Of a stretch of 64,000 nucleotides of DNA, positions 28,990 through 38,339 are shown piece by piece. The DNA is from a virus (lineage: Duplodnaviria > Caudoviricetes), in IMG/VR virus record IMGVR_UViG_3300031994_000032, positions 67,748 through 131,747 of that record. The stretch is one strand, 5' to 3'. The translations under genes were made by a program, and so were the position numbers. The notes below the pieces were generated by a model. That model was given only the letters and a program-made list of their open reading frames with translations. It was not told the origin of the DNA and made no database searches. Every line of letters starts with the position of its first letter. Position 1 is the first letter of the stretch.

Positions 28990-30627
28990 TTATGCTTCTG
29001 GTTGAGGTTCTTCTTGTGGAGGTTCTTCTTGTGGAGGTTCTGGCATTGCCGGTTCTCCTCCACTTTCACCACCTTCCATACCTTGTTCACCACCACCTTG
29101 TTCTTGTTGAGCAGCAGCTTCAGCTTCTTTTGCGGCTGCAGCAGCTTTTTCTTTGGCTTTCTTTTTCATTTCTTCATTAAGTTTAAGGTCATTGTCAGAC
29201 AATGTACTAAACTTACGAATCATAAATTCCATATCAAGATAACTTGTTTGATTACCTTCAGCATCAGTAACCTGTAAAGACTGCATTACAGATGATATGG
29301 CTTCTGCGTTTTTACGCAATAAATCTATCATCTTTTCTTGAAGGTATGTTGAATCTGATTGATATATAAGACTTAATGATGAAAAGAATTTTAAGTCATC
29401 TTTTATATCATCATCAAGACACATTTGAATATATATCGGTTTTATAAACAACATTTGGAATATATTTCTCAAACGTGCTATAAACTTGCTGAATCTGATT
29501 TCATCCCTAAAAACACCTTCAGTATTATACGACTGCTGTGGCTGAGACAGTCTATTAAATCTTGCTAAAGGTATTTTTGTTATTTGTTGAAATTTTTCGG
29601 CAAAATACTTAATGGCATCCATATTTGACAAATCAGGCCCTCCAGAATTATTAAGTACTTGAATCTCTGGTTTTTGACCATCTTGCTGAGCAAAGAATAT
29701 TTGTTTATAAAATGGAAGCATTGGTTTTCCATTCGTTTTAATTTGTCCATTAGCCCAGTTAAAATCAACTTGTTCTGCATGGTCTGCTGCAACTTGTGCC
29801 AATCTTTGTCTACCTTTCTGATATGATGTTGAACCAACAGGAACTGTATACATCATCTTAAATGATGCATTTGTAACAGCAAATGTTATACGAGTTGATT
29901 CCATAATTCTTAAAATATTGAAAGAACGAATCAATCTCGAAACATAGCTCACATTGTCATCTTCATCAGAATATGTTATAAAGATTATTTCTTGCTCACA
30001 CAGATCTTGATGAATAGGACGAAGCGTATTTATATCATATGTCTCAACAGAATATCTTTTTTCATGTGTTTCTCTGTCAAATGTAACTTGTACCTTGGCT
30101 GCATCAAGTTCTATAAATCCTTCAATAGTTTTTCCGTTTTTAGAATAAACTATCTGATACGCAATTTTACCATCTATGATGAATTTTCTAAAAAGCTTCC
30201 AAACTGCATCAGTGTTCATAAGTCCAAAATACAGTCTGAACTTTTCAAAATATTCCGTAAGTTTTTCTGATCTTTCTGATGTCAAATCAGTAATTGATGA
30301 TTTTATATATGCAAATGATTCATCCTGTACAGTAGAACAAATTGATTCATCACAGATAATATCAAGAATTTCATCAATATCATCTTCTTTAGCATAGCTT
30401 CGACAGGTATCACGTAATGTATTAAAATCAGCTGGTTGCTGGTTATCAAAATTAAAACCTGTTTTTGTCATAGAAGATATTGATAGAAGCTTATCAACAT
30501 CCTGCATATTGACAATATTAGTAGTCAAGTCATTTGAAAACTTAACTTTAGATAATTTCTTTCTTAAATAATCACTTGTCCTGCTACTTGATGACAAGTT
30601 AAATTCTTTATTTACAAAACCAGCCAC
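28990..30627 (-). CDS. portal protein (gp20-like)
   Basis: IDEILDIICDE, FIIDGK, LRIMESTR, IKYF...KIP..RF, RDEIRFSKFIARLR; GTG start; TATAAATA at 30672-30679. Confidence 0.93.
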   Translation of the reverse strand: MAGFVNKEFNLSSSSRTSDYLRKKLSKVKFSNDLTTNIVNMQDVDKLLSISSMTKTGFNFDNQQPADFNTLRDTCRSYAKEDDIDEILDIICDESICSTVQDESFAYIKSSITDLTSERSEKLTEYFEKFRLYFGLMNTDAVWKLFRKFIIDGKIAYQIVYSKNGKTIEGFIELDAAKVQVTFDRETHEKRYSVETYDINTLRPIHQDLCEQEIIFITYSDEDDNVSYVSRLIRSFNILRIMESTRITFAVTNASFKMMYTVPVGSTSYQKGRQRLAQVAADHAEQVDFNWANGQIKTNGKPMLPFYKQIFFAQQDGQKPEIQVLNNSGGPDLSNMDAIKYFAEKFQQITKIPLARFNRLSQPQQSYNTEGVFRDEIRFSKFIARLRNIFQMLFIKPIYIQMCLDDDIKDDLKFFSSLSLIYQSDSTYLQEKMIDLLRKNAEAISSVMQSLQVTDAEGNQTSYLDMEFMIRKFSTLSDNDLKLNEEMKKKAKEKAAAAAKEAEAAAQQEQGGGEQGMEGGESGGEPAMPEPPQEEPPQEEPQPEA

Positions 30628-30674
30628 TTTAATTCATTTTTAATAAACAATAGGAATCAAATTCCTACAATTAT

Positions 30675-31157
30675 TTATAGAAATAAAAGAAGTGCCAAAA
30701 TTCCTGATATACACAATAGTATGATAAGTATTGCCGATATAATCTTAAACACCTTGAATACTTTATATGAATCAAAATCTGGTTCATACTCTATATTAGG
30801 CGTAAATATCATATCATAATGTACAGCTATTGAGTTTTCATCATAATCCTGATCATCTTCATCTTTAAGATAAATCATAAAGTTATCACTTGAAATATCA
30901 ACAAGTTCATCAAGATGATATGCCTTCATTACAGCAGCGAATTTATTAATATTCTGAATATAATCATTATTCGCTGCAGTTTTAAGGAATTTCGCACAAT
31001 GTTCTACCTTTGATATATTAAATATCAAATCACAAGACCTTGAAAGACGTCCGTCATCAAGCTTGACAATATCATACCTTAATAAGTCCTCTTTGTTATT
31101 GTTATAAATTTTACTTACTAAACGATATGCCTTTACAACTTTAAAAATATTTCTCAT
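30675..31157 (-). CDS. hypothetical membrane protein
   Basis: C-terminal hydrophobic helix. Confidence 0.7.
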   Translation of the reverse strand: MRNIFKVVKAYRLVSKIYNNNKEDLLRYDIVKLDDGRLSRSCDLIFNISKVEHCAKFLKTAANNDYIQNINKFAAVMKAYHLDELVDISSDNFMIYLKDEDDQDYDENSIAVHYDMIFTPNIEYEPDFDSYKVFKVFKIISAILIILLCISGILALLLFL

Positions 31158-31159
31158 TA

Positions 31160-31612
31160 TTATAAAATTTTTACAGCAACAGTCATTGTAGATTTTTTAG
31201 GTATTGAAGTTATTTGCTTTGATTCTGTCAAATCCATAAATGGATGTTCCTCTGATGCCGCTTTCAACTCTGTTTCAACAGCTTTTCTTTTACTTGACCA
31301 AATCTCTTCTTCTTTCTTGACAGTGTTCCAATCAGCAGAAACTGAATAATCATATTTAACACCAACCTCTTTTACACATAATTCACAATTATATGCATTC
31401 TTCACATCACTGCAACAGTCAATTGCATCATTAACAATTTTTGCCTTAATAGAATCTAATAGAACTGCAGCCTTTGAAATATTTGTCCAAGCCTCTACAA
31501 CACCTTCAGCATCTCCAGATCTGATTATATCAGATATTTTCTCAGCTTTTGCCTCTAATGTTTCCTTTGTATCTTCTTCAAGATTTAATAAATTTAAAAC
31601 TTCTGAATTCAT
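31160..31612 (-). CDS. hypothetical protein
   Basis: 150-aa ORF in an operon. Confidence 0.7.
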   Translation of the reverse strand: MNSEVLNLLNLEEDTKETLEAKAEKISDIIRSGDAEGVVEAWTNISKAAVLLDSIKAKIVNDAIDCCSDVKNAYNCELCVKEVGVKYDYSVSADWNTVKKEEEIWSSKRKAVETELKAASEEHPFMDLTESKQITSIPKKSTMTVAVKIL

Positions 31613-31634
31613 AATGATTAAATTTAAATTTAAA

Positions 31635-31871
31635 TTATAAAAATGTTATTTCTGGTTTCTGTTTCAAGTCCTTTATCTTTAATCTGTAAAGAACGTTTAA
31701 GTCCTTATACATTACATAGCTTACATCAGACTTATTATTAACTTTTGTTTCGTGTCGATACCATTCATTCTCTTTTTCATAAACGAGCTTATGAACTGTA
31801 TGACCCACTTTAAACATAAAGGATTTTCCTTCCTTTACTTTATCAAGTATGTTTTCAGACATTGTATGCAT
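31635..31871 (-). CDS. hypothetical protein
   Basis: Short ORF coupled to the sigma gene. Confidence 0.55.
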   Translation of the reverse strand: MHTMSENILDKVKEGKSFMFKVGHTVHKLVYEKENEWYRHETKVNNKSDVSYVMYKDLNVLYRLKIKDLKQKPEITFL

Positions 31872-32226
31872 CTTTTATAGTTCCGGAATCATCAATATAA
31901 GAAGTTGAAATAATTGTTACGTCTTTAGGGTGTAGTTTGTTATATGCGGCCATAATTGAAAATGAGATTTGTCCTGTAAAGAATGAAAATGCGTTTCCCC
32001 GTGATATGTCATATTTTTTCCACATTTTCAGAAGCTGTTCAATGCTGTATTGTTCAAAATCCATTGCCTCATCATAATTCTTCTGATAATTTCTGGCATT
32101 TATTTTCTTGATCAGCAGATAAAAATATGACACGAGTTTATTGGACACCTTATCCTCTTGCTTACATTTCATAAGCTCTGCCGTGAATTCATCATTATTG
32201 ATATACTGTTTCCTTTCCTGTTTCAT
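31855..32226 (-). CDS. late-transcription sigma factor (gp55-like)
   Basis: YINNDEF..EL, 'WKKYD....NAFSFFT'. Confidence 0.8.
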   Translation of the reverse strand: MKQERKQYINNDEFTAELMKCKQEDKVSNKLVSYFYLLIKKINARNYQKNYDEAMDFEQYSIEQLLKMWKKYDISRGNAFSFFTGQISFSIMAAYNKLHPKDVTIISTSYIDDSGTIKDAYNV

Positions 32227-32253
32227 CTTAAAAGCTCATTAACAATTATATGT

Positions 32254-32261
32254 GCAAATAT
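32254..32261 (-). promoter_or_regulatory. Bacteroidota-type -7 box TATATTTG upstream of the gp55-like gene
   Basis: Plus-strand caaatata = TAnnTTTG on minus. Confidence 0.5.
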
Positions 32262-32306
32262 AGTATCATTTTAATAAAATGTAAAGTATTGATGGACATT
32301 ATTTTA

Positions 32307-33197
32307 TCAAAATAACTCATGAGAGATACTTTCATGTTTTAAATCAAAGTTAAAAATAAGTGCTTCAACGACTGAATGCCTTCTCTCGGCAGTACTTCCG
32401 TTATAATAAAAATGATCATGCAGTGAGATATTAAATTTATCCCAATACTTGTCTATCATTTCATTTTTCCTAAAGTCATCATGGTGCCAAGTTGACATTA
32501 TAAAATTCGCCTTTGTATTTGATAATGCGTCAAACAATTCTTTCTCGTCATCTTCTGTCCAATTATTGAAATAATTTGTATATCTTCCAAAGTATGGAGG
32601 ATCACAATAAATAAAATCTCCTTCTTTGGCTTCTGCGATTGTTTTTAAAAAATGCTGGTTGTAAAATTTCCAATCATATTTTCTAACTGTATATATTGTC
32701 TTTTCAAGCAGGTTACAGATTTTAGTTATGTATGCCTGTGAAAACCTTTCAGGATTTTTACAAAAGGGAACATTCCATTCACCTTTACCGTTAAACCTCA
32801 TCATTCCATTGAACCCGCTTCTTGAAAGAAATACGAAATCATACGAACTGTGGGTTTCATTAAATCTTTTACGGACTTCCCTAAAATAATCATATCCGTC
32901 ATTACCGGCACTTGCAAGTTTCTTGCCTTCAGCCTCAAGAAATTCCCTCATCCTTTCTTTCGTGACTTCACCTGTATATATGTCATTATATAGCTTGATT
33001 ATGTATGGATTTGTATCTCCAATAATTCGTGTACCTTTTATTTCCGTATTAAGTCCGACAACGCCTGTACCAAAAAACGGCTCTATCCAATTCACATTTT
33101 TATCTTTGCCCGATAAAGTAATGATGTCATTTATCCATTGTACAAGCTTGGTCTTTATTCCTTGTGATTTTATTACTGGTATTACAACACTCTGCAT
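32307..33197 (-). CDS. dam: Dam-family DNA adenine methyltransferase
   Basis: EPFFGTG, FNGMMRFN.KG.WNVPF, IYCDPPY. Confidence 0.92.
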   Translation of the reverse strand: MQSVVIPVIKSQGIKTKLVQWINDIITLSGKDKNVNWIEPFFGTGVVGLNTEIKGTRIIGDTNPYIIKLYNDIYTGEVTKERMREFLEAEGKKLASAGNDGYDYFREVRKRFNETHSSYDFVFLSRSGFNGMMRFNGKGEWNVPFCKNPERFSQAYITKICNLLEKTIYTVRKYDWKFYNQHFLKTIAEAKEGDFIYCDPPYFGRYTNYFNNWTEDDEKELFDALSNTKANFIMSTWHHDDFRKNEMIDKYWDKFNISLHDHFYYNGSTAERRHSVVEALIFNFDLKHESISHELF

Positions 33198-33492
33198 TTT
33201 ATATAGAAATTATATTATAATAAACAACATTTACAACAAAAAATACATTTTAAAACATCTACTTAAAAATGCTGTATAACTAATTCATTTTAAGTAACTT
33301 ACGTAGCTGGCGTCAACATATTGCTATATAACATATCACCTTTCTTATCTTTTTTGGAGATTTAAGGAATAAAAGAAATTTAATTATTTGAAAATAAATT
33401 CCTTAAGTATTTTTAAAAAAATTTCTTTTATAAAAATTTTATTTTTCATTATTTCATACATATCTTTGTCGTGTTCCAAAGAAGATTTTTGC

Positions 33493-33534
33493 AGACAGAC
33501 TGAGGTAAAGTGCACAAAGATATCTCAGTCTGTC
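33493..33534. other. 11-bp perfect inverted repeat upstream of the PolA-like gene
   Basis: GACAGACTGAG...CTCAGTCTGTC; TATCTTTG -7 box just upstream on plus. Confidence 0.75.
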
Positions 33535-33551
33535 AAAAATTCTAAGGAACG

Positions 33552-34961
33552 TTGTTTAATTATAGCAAAAATATTTCTTTGAATAGTTCAAGCTTACATA
33601 TTGTAAAGTCTCTGATAGATGCTGAAAAAACGCTCAAGCGTTCAAAACAGCCTGTTGGACAGAAATCAATTATAAGAGCCTATTCCTGTTCAATTTTTGA
33701 AAAAACCTTTAAGACTGAAAAAGATTTATATTCTAAAATCTTGGATCAGTCAAAGACTGTTCAAAAAGCAAAAATGCGCTTACAGACACTGCTTAATTTC
33801 GTAAGTTATGAGCAATACTGTAACTGGTCGATAAACAAAGGACTGACAAGGGCATTTCATTTATGCAGTAAAAGCAATCTTGTAAAATATCTGGTTGGTG
33901 AGAATGTCACAAGGTTTATAAAGCAATGCGAGGAAATAGGCTTGCTGAAATGTATAGACAACAGTTATTCAACCGGAAATTATTCAAAGCAATATGTCTA
34001 TAACAAGCAGGTTGAAAAACTTATAAAGAATTTATGCAAGTCGCTTGGAATTGAACAAACAAAATCACCTAATTCGTACTATAAGGAAACTCATGAAAGA
34101 GTTGAAAGAATAAGAAAGAAAAATCCGGACCTCAAATTTGATTTTACAGACAAGACACTGATAGACAAGCGTTATACTGATGAAGAAATAATAGCAGGTG
34201 TCTATAACACCAATCCGGAACTGAAAGAATTTGATAAAATAGTTGAATATCTGAACGACAACTATTGCACAGGCAACAGAAAGATTAAATTTAACATCCA
34301 CATAACAAGAAGCTCTTCAGGTAATGTAATTAAGATAGGAATCCGTTCAACAAGTTTCTTCTGCAACCTTAAAAAATTAGGATGCAAGGAAAGAATAATT
34401 GGAAACAGGTATAGGGAGGACGAACTTGAAAAGATATTTCCGCATGGCTATTTTGAATACGATTTTTGCTCGTCAATATACAGAATAGCATATTTTATGA
34501 AAAATAAGGTATGGCTTTCACCTGATGTGGATATATATGAAAAAATATTTGGCGATATGACTGATGAGGAACGACAGGCCTGCAAGACATTTACAATGCA
34601 GGTATTCTTTAACAGGTCGTCAAAACAACATTTCGCACGTACGTCGAGATTATTTAAGGAACATAATGCAAAACTTGAAAATAAAAATGACATCAAGCTG
34701 ATTATGGAGCAAACAAGGTCAATGCTTGAATCAATCATAGGTGAGTTTTGCGGATCAAAGATTTTCTATTATGAATCATGCATTTATATGCTGCTGTTGT
34801 TTGAACTTTGTGAGGCAGGCTATAATATAGTTCAGATATATGATGGATTCTATTGCAATGACAGGTCGTTTATAGAATTTATAAATTCAAATATCGAACA
34901 TGTTGCAAATAAGTTCTTGTCAATGAGAGAAAAATATGAGTACTGTTCTATTGCGGCCTAA
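33552..34961 (+). CDS. wHTH + family-A-polymerase-like protein
   Basis: 'GLLKCIDNSYSTGNYSKQY' (wHTH-like); motif A EYDFCSS, motif B R...K...F, YYES, motif C QIYDGF. Confidence 0.6.
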   Translation: MFNYSKNISLNSSSLHIVKSLIDAEKTLKRSKQPVGQKSIIRAYSCSIFEKTFKTEKDLYSKILDQSKTVQKAKMRLQTLLNFVSYEQYCNWSINKGLTRAFHLCSKSNLVKYLVGENVTRFIKQCEEIGLLKCIDNSYSTGNYSKQYVYNKQVEKLIKNLCKSLGIEQTKSPNSYYKETHERVERIRKKNPDLKFDFTDKTLIDKRYTDEEIIAGVYNTNPELKEFDKIVEYLNDNYCTGNRKIKFNIHITRSSSGNVIKIGIRSTSFFCNLKKLGCKERIIGNRYREDELEKIFPHGYFEYDFCSSIYRIAYFMKNKVWLSPDVDIYEKIFGDMTDEERQACKTFTMQVFFNRSSKQHFARTSRLFKEHNAKLENKNDIKLIMEQTRSMLESIIGEFCGSKIFYYESCIYMLLLFELCEAGYNIVQIYDGFYCNDRSFIEFINSNIEHVANKFLSMREKYEYCSIAA

Positions 34962-35167
34962 TTTTCAGGTTTATTAAACGGGCTGTTTGTTGTTACCGTT
35001 CCGTCTGCTAATTCATAATATATTTTACCATCAACTGAATAAACAAGCGGAATGCCTTTTGAGTGGTTTTCATCCTGTACACGCTTTATTGCGTTGTTCC
35101 CTATTTCAATAATCTCCATAGACTTAAGATAGATCAAGAAATCCTCAAACTGTTTAACTTCTTTCAT
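34958..35167 (-). CDS. small hypothetical protein
   Basis: 69 aa with TATAAATA at 35210-35217. Confidence 0.65.
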   Translation of the reverse strand: MKEVKQFEDFLIYLKSMEIIEIGNNAIKRVQDENHSKGIPLVYSVDGKIYYELADGTVTTNSPFNKPEN

Positions 35168-35246
35168 ACTAGTAAAATTAGGGGATTAAATGAGTATATC
35201 AATATAAGTTATTTATATTGAAACAGTTTTGAATATAAAAATCAGC

Positions 35247-37592
35247 TTACATTCTAAAACTTGTAAGTCCTGCAAATCCGTCATTTTCAGATTTGTTGTC
35301 AAGGTTTTTTTCGTATTGATCAAACTTGTTTTCAGAATCAAGCAAGTCTTCTATACAGCTCCTGAATAGCTGAGTTTGTTCAAAAGCGCTTGCCTCAACT
35401 AAAGGCATTATAGTGTCGTCGTGGCTTGTAGCAGAACCATTAGCTTTATAGGTGTCTCCAACCCTGCAGAAACACTCAGCCTCTTCAACAGTCGCTTTAT
35501 GATAAATGTTGAAGATATTATTTGAACACAATCTTCTGAACAGGACGCAATAGATTTGCTTATTCTGTGAATTAAGCCGTATTCCATACGTCATTGTATG
35601 CGTCAACTTGTTTGACTCAAACTGACATATACAAGATTTTTCAAACTCATTGTCGTCACCGTCTATTTGTAAAAGCATATTTGTGAAATATGAGCCATAG
35701 GTGTTCATTTCTATTATCAATACGCAGTTATCAATACCTATTGTCTGTACGACTATTCTATATAACAAATCAGCAGCTATGTCCAAGCTCGTGGTATTTG
35801 ACCTGAATATGCCTACTTGGTCATACTCGTACATTTCTTCAAAATTAACAATACCGACAATATTTTCTTTCAGCTTCAGTTCAAGAATTTGGAATACTGT
35901 ATAATCAGCTTTTCCTCCGCCACCTTCTGCAAGGTCTACAGCGATTAAGAATTTCTTTTTAGGATTTGCCAATTCGTCAATATCGAAATCCTCTCTCCAT
36001 ACCAAGTTACTGAAACCATCAACAAAATGGTCCTCAACAGCCTTTATGTCGCGATAGACGAATTTTTTTATAGATTTATTAAATTTCTCAAGGGTTGCTG
36101 AAGAAAGCAGCATATCGCCGCTGTTTGAAAAAACATTTCCATATTGCCTGATAAATTCATCTTCACCCAGAAGCTTGATTTGTTCATCCCTCCATTTATC
36201 ATCATGTACATCCCACCAGTCAATCCTGCTTAAATGATATGCATTGGTTCCATTCTTCGCACCCTCACATATTTCATAGAATTTATTAAATCCGTTCTGA
36301 GTAGATGTTACAATGACTTTTGAATCAAGCATTGATGAAACGGTAGGTACGATGTTTTCATAGAATGCGTTCAACATGTGAGGTTCGACGTGTGCGAACT
36401 CATCCAAATAAAGTGTATGAATCGTATAACCGATAAATGATCTCGGTGTAGTAGCCTGACAAATTATACGGCATCCATTTTCAAATGTTATCGAATCACC
36501 TGATATGTATTTCACGCCCGGCATTAAGAATGGTGGAATTCTAAACAGAATTTCTTTTATCTTACTAAGAATTTCTGTTGCTGTCAATGCCTTATTTGCA
36601 GCAATACCTATATTCCTGTCAGTGTTGAAAAATGCCTCATGCAGTAAAAAGATACAAGATGTAGTTGTATTATGACTTAATATATTATTTGAATAAAACG
36701 AATGGTCTTTAGAATCTACAGTAACATCATACATAGAAATTTTATGGTTTGTTTTCAATATTGAACATACTTTTGACAAACCATTTTTAGTTATGACGTA
36801 ATCATCAGTTGTAAGATCTTTTACAAATTTTTGAACAAAGCCTTTACAAAAAATTATGTGATTGTCAGCACATTCAAGCTTTTCACCTGATTCAAGGTTT
36901 AATATGTAAATTGTATATGGCTGTGTTTTATGTATATGCGTTATTGTATGATATCCATCATGTGACAATACTTTCAGTCCTTCACTACTAATGTCAACTG
37001 TATCTATAATCTTTTTTGAAATATCAGTTTCATCAAGTTGAAGATTTCGATACTCATAGCTTTCTATAAGTTCTATTAAGAATAGTATTATATTTTTTAA
37101 GGTTGATTTTCTATAAATCTTTAATAGTAAATTTTTAATAAATGATAAAAATGATTTATTTTTAGATTTATAGTATAAATCTTCAATTATAAAATCTTTA
37201 TTTTTATCTAATTTATTTACAGTAATTTTGCCATTAAAAAGACATTTTCCTGCCTGACGGCATGCAATCACGGCATTGAAGCGGTATTTTTTATAATCTT
37301 TTAAGAGACGCTTTTGATAATCTCTAAGGACAGTAGGTTTGTAGCCTTCTGTTCCATGCATTATCTCACAATACTTTGCAAAGTATGTCACGTCTTGAGC
37401 GCACTTTGTAAATTCTTCAAGTTCCTGTTTTGTATATTGATAGACAATTTTAGGCTTTCTAATACCGATAATGTTATTAAGCCATGGTGACTCAGGAGTT
37501 ATTTCACCATTGCTGTATTTCTCGTACCACTGTTTTATCTTTTCAGTAGACCAGACTAAATCATCATTTGTTTTCGGTTTCTTTTCAGCCAT
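35247..37592 (-). CDS. terL: terminase large subunit (gp17-like), intein-containing
   Basis: LRDYQ, RQAGK/TT Walker A split by an intein, YLDEFAH, TSTQNG, AVDLAEG, HDDTIM. Confidence 0.95.
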   Translation of the reverse strand: MAEKKPKTNDDLVWSTEKIKQWYEKYSNGEITPESPWLNNIIGIRKPKIVYQYTKQELEEFTKCAQDVTYFAKYCEIMHGTEGYKPTVLRDYQKRLLKDYKKYRFNAVIACRQAGKCLFNGKITVNKLDKNKDFIIEDLYYKSKNKSFLSFIKNLLLKIYRKSTLKNIILFLIELIESYEYRNLQLDETDISKKIIDTVDISSEGLKVLSHDGYHTITHIHKTQPYTIYILNLESGEKLECADNHIIFCKGFVQKFVKDLTTDDYVITKNGLSKVCSILKTNHKISMYDVTVDSKDHSFYSNNILSHNTTTSCIFLLHEAFFNTDRNIGIAANKALTATEILSKIKEILFRIPPFLMPGVKYISGDSITFENGCRIICQATTPRSFIGYTIHTLYLDEFAHVEPHMLNAFYENIVPTVSSMLDSKVIVTSTQNGFNKFYEICEGAKNGTNAYHLSRIDWWDVHDDKWRDEQIKLLGEDEFIRQYGNVFSNSGDMLLSSATLEKFNKSIKKFVYRDIKAVEDHFVDGFSNLVWREDFDIDELANPKKKFLIAVDLAEGGGGKADYTVFQILELKLKENIVGIVNFEEMYEYDQVGIFRSNTTSLDIAADLLYRIVVQTIGIDNCVLIIEMNTYGSYFTNMLLQIDGDDNEFEKSCICQFESNKLTHTMTYGIRLNSQNKQIYCVLFRRLCSNNIFNIYHKATVEEAECFCRVGDTYKANGSATSHDDTIMPLVEASAFEQTQLFRSCIEDLLDSENKFDQYEKNLDNKSENDGFAGLTSFRM
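36669..37244 (-). mobile_element. mini-intein (192 aa) in terminase Walker A
   Basis: Starts C after RQAGK, block B 'CADNH', ends 'SNNILSHN' followed by Thr; no LAGLIDADG motifs seen. Confidence 0.92.
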
Positions 37593-37637
37593 AATTTAAT
37601 TTAATCTTAAAAATAATTTTGTTGTTTTATATATAAT

Positions 37638-38339
37638 TTACACCAAGCTTGCCAGCTGTATGCAATTTGCAGTTATAAAACTACCTTCATTATCTTCGAC
37701 AAGTGCGTCAATATATAATTTCTCACCTTTTAATTTTTCTAAATGTTCTTTGTCAAAACATACTTGAAATGCCCCGACATACTGTGATTCGCTTCTTTGA
37801 ACGATTACAATATTTTCAGATTCCTCAGACTCTATATAAAGCGTGAAATCTTTTGAAGAAGATGTGAATGTTTCAATTTCATTATCTCCAAGAGGTTCAA
37901 TCTGTGTTGCATTCACGGCAATTAAAGATGCACCTCCTGTAATTTCCAAGTCGTAGCTTTTTGCAAGATTTGAATCTTTATAAAACAGTAATTTTTTGTA
38001 AGGATCTATATTCAGTATTGCTTCAGGTGAAAGACGCTGGTCAGACTCACTTGATTCTGTCTGTAAAGGAACAAGTTCAATAGTATCCATATCAGATTCT
38101 TCAACATAGCCATTCCTGTCATATATTGCAAAGAACTTATACTCGCAATATTCATTTTTAAATTTAATAATAACTTTCTGAATATTTTCAATATCAATAG
38201 GTTTACCGTTCTTATCGACTAAATAAATTATGAAACAATATGAAGTTAATAACTTATAAGGCAATACCTCTATGTTAGGTACATAGAGGTTAACTACCTT
38301 TGAATCAGAATCTGAACTATTACATGTAACGTGTGCCAT
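37638..38339 (-). CDS. hypothetical (probable structural) protein
   Basis: 233 aa, coupled to the large structural gene. Confidence 0.65.
   Translation of the reverse strand: MAHVTCNSSDSDSKVVNLYVPNIEVLPYKLLTSYCFIIYLVDKNGKPIDIENIQKVIIKFKNEYCEYKFFAIYDRNGYVEESDMDTIELVPLQTESSESDQRLSPEAILNIDPYKKLLFYKDSNLAKSYDLEITGGASLIAVNATQIEPLGDNEIETFTSSSKDFTLYIESEESENIVIVQRSESQYVGAFQVCFDKEHLEKLKGEKLYIDALVEDNEGSFITANCIQLASLV

Noticed and set aside
28990-29170. EEPPQ/AAAAKE repeats at the portal C-terminus
   Set aside because: Disordered acidic tails are common on gp20-like portals
33388-33582. 64-aa lipoprotein-like plus-strand ORF
   Set aside because: TTG start, runs through an AT-rich promoter/hairpin region and overlaps the next gene; probably spurious
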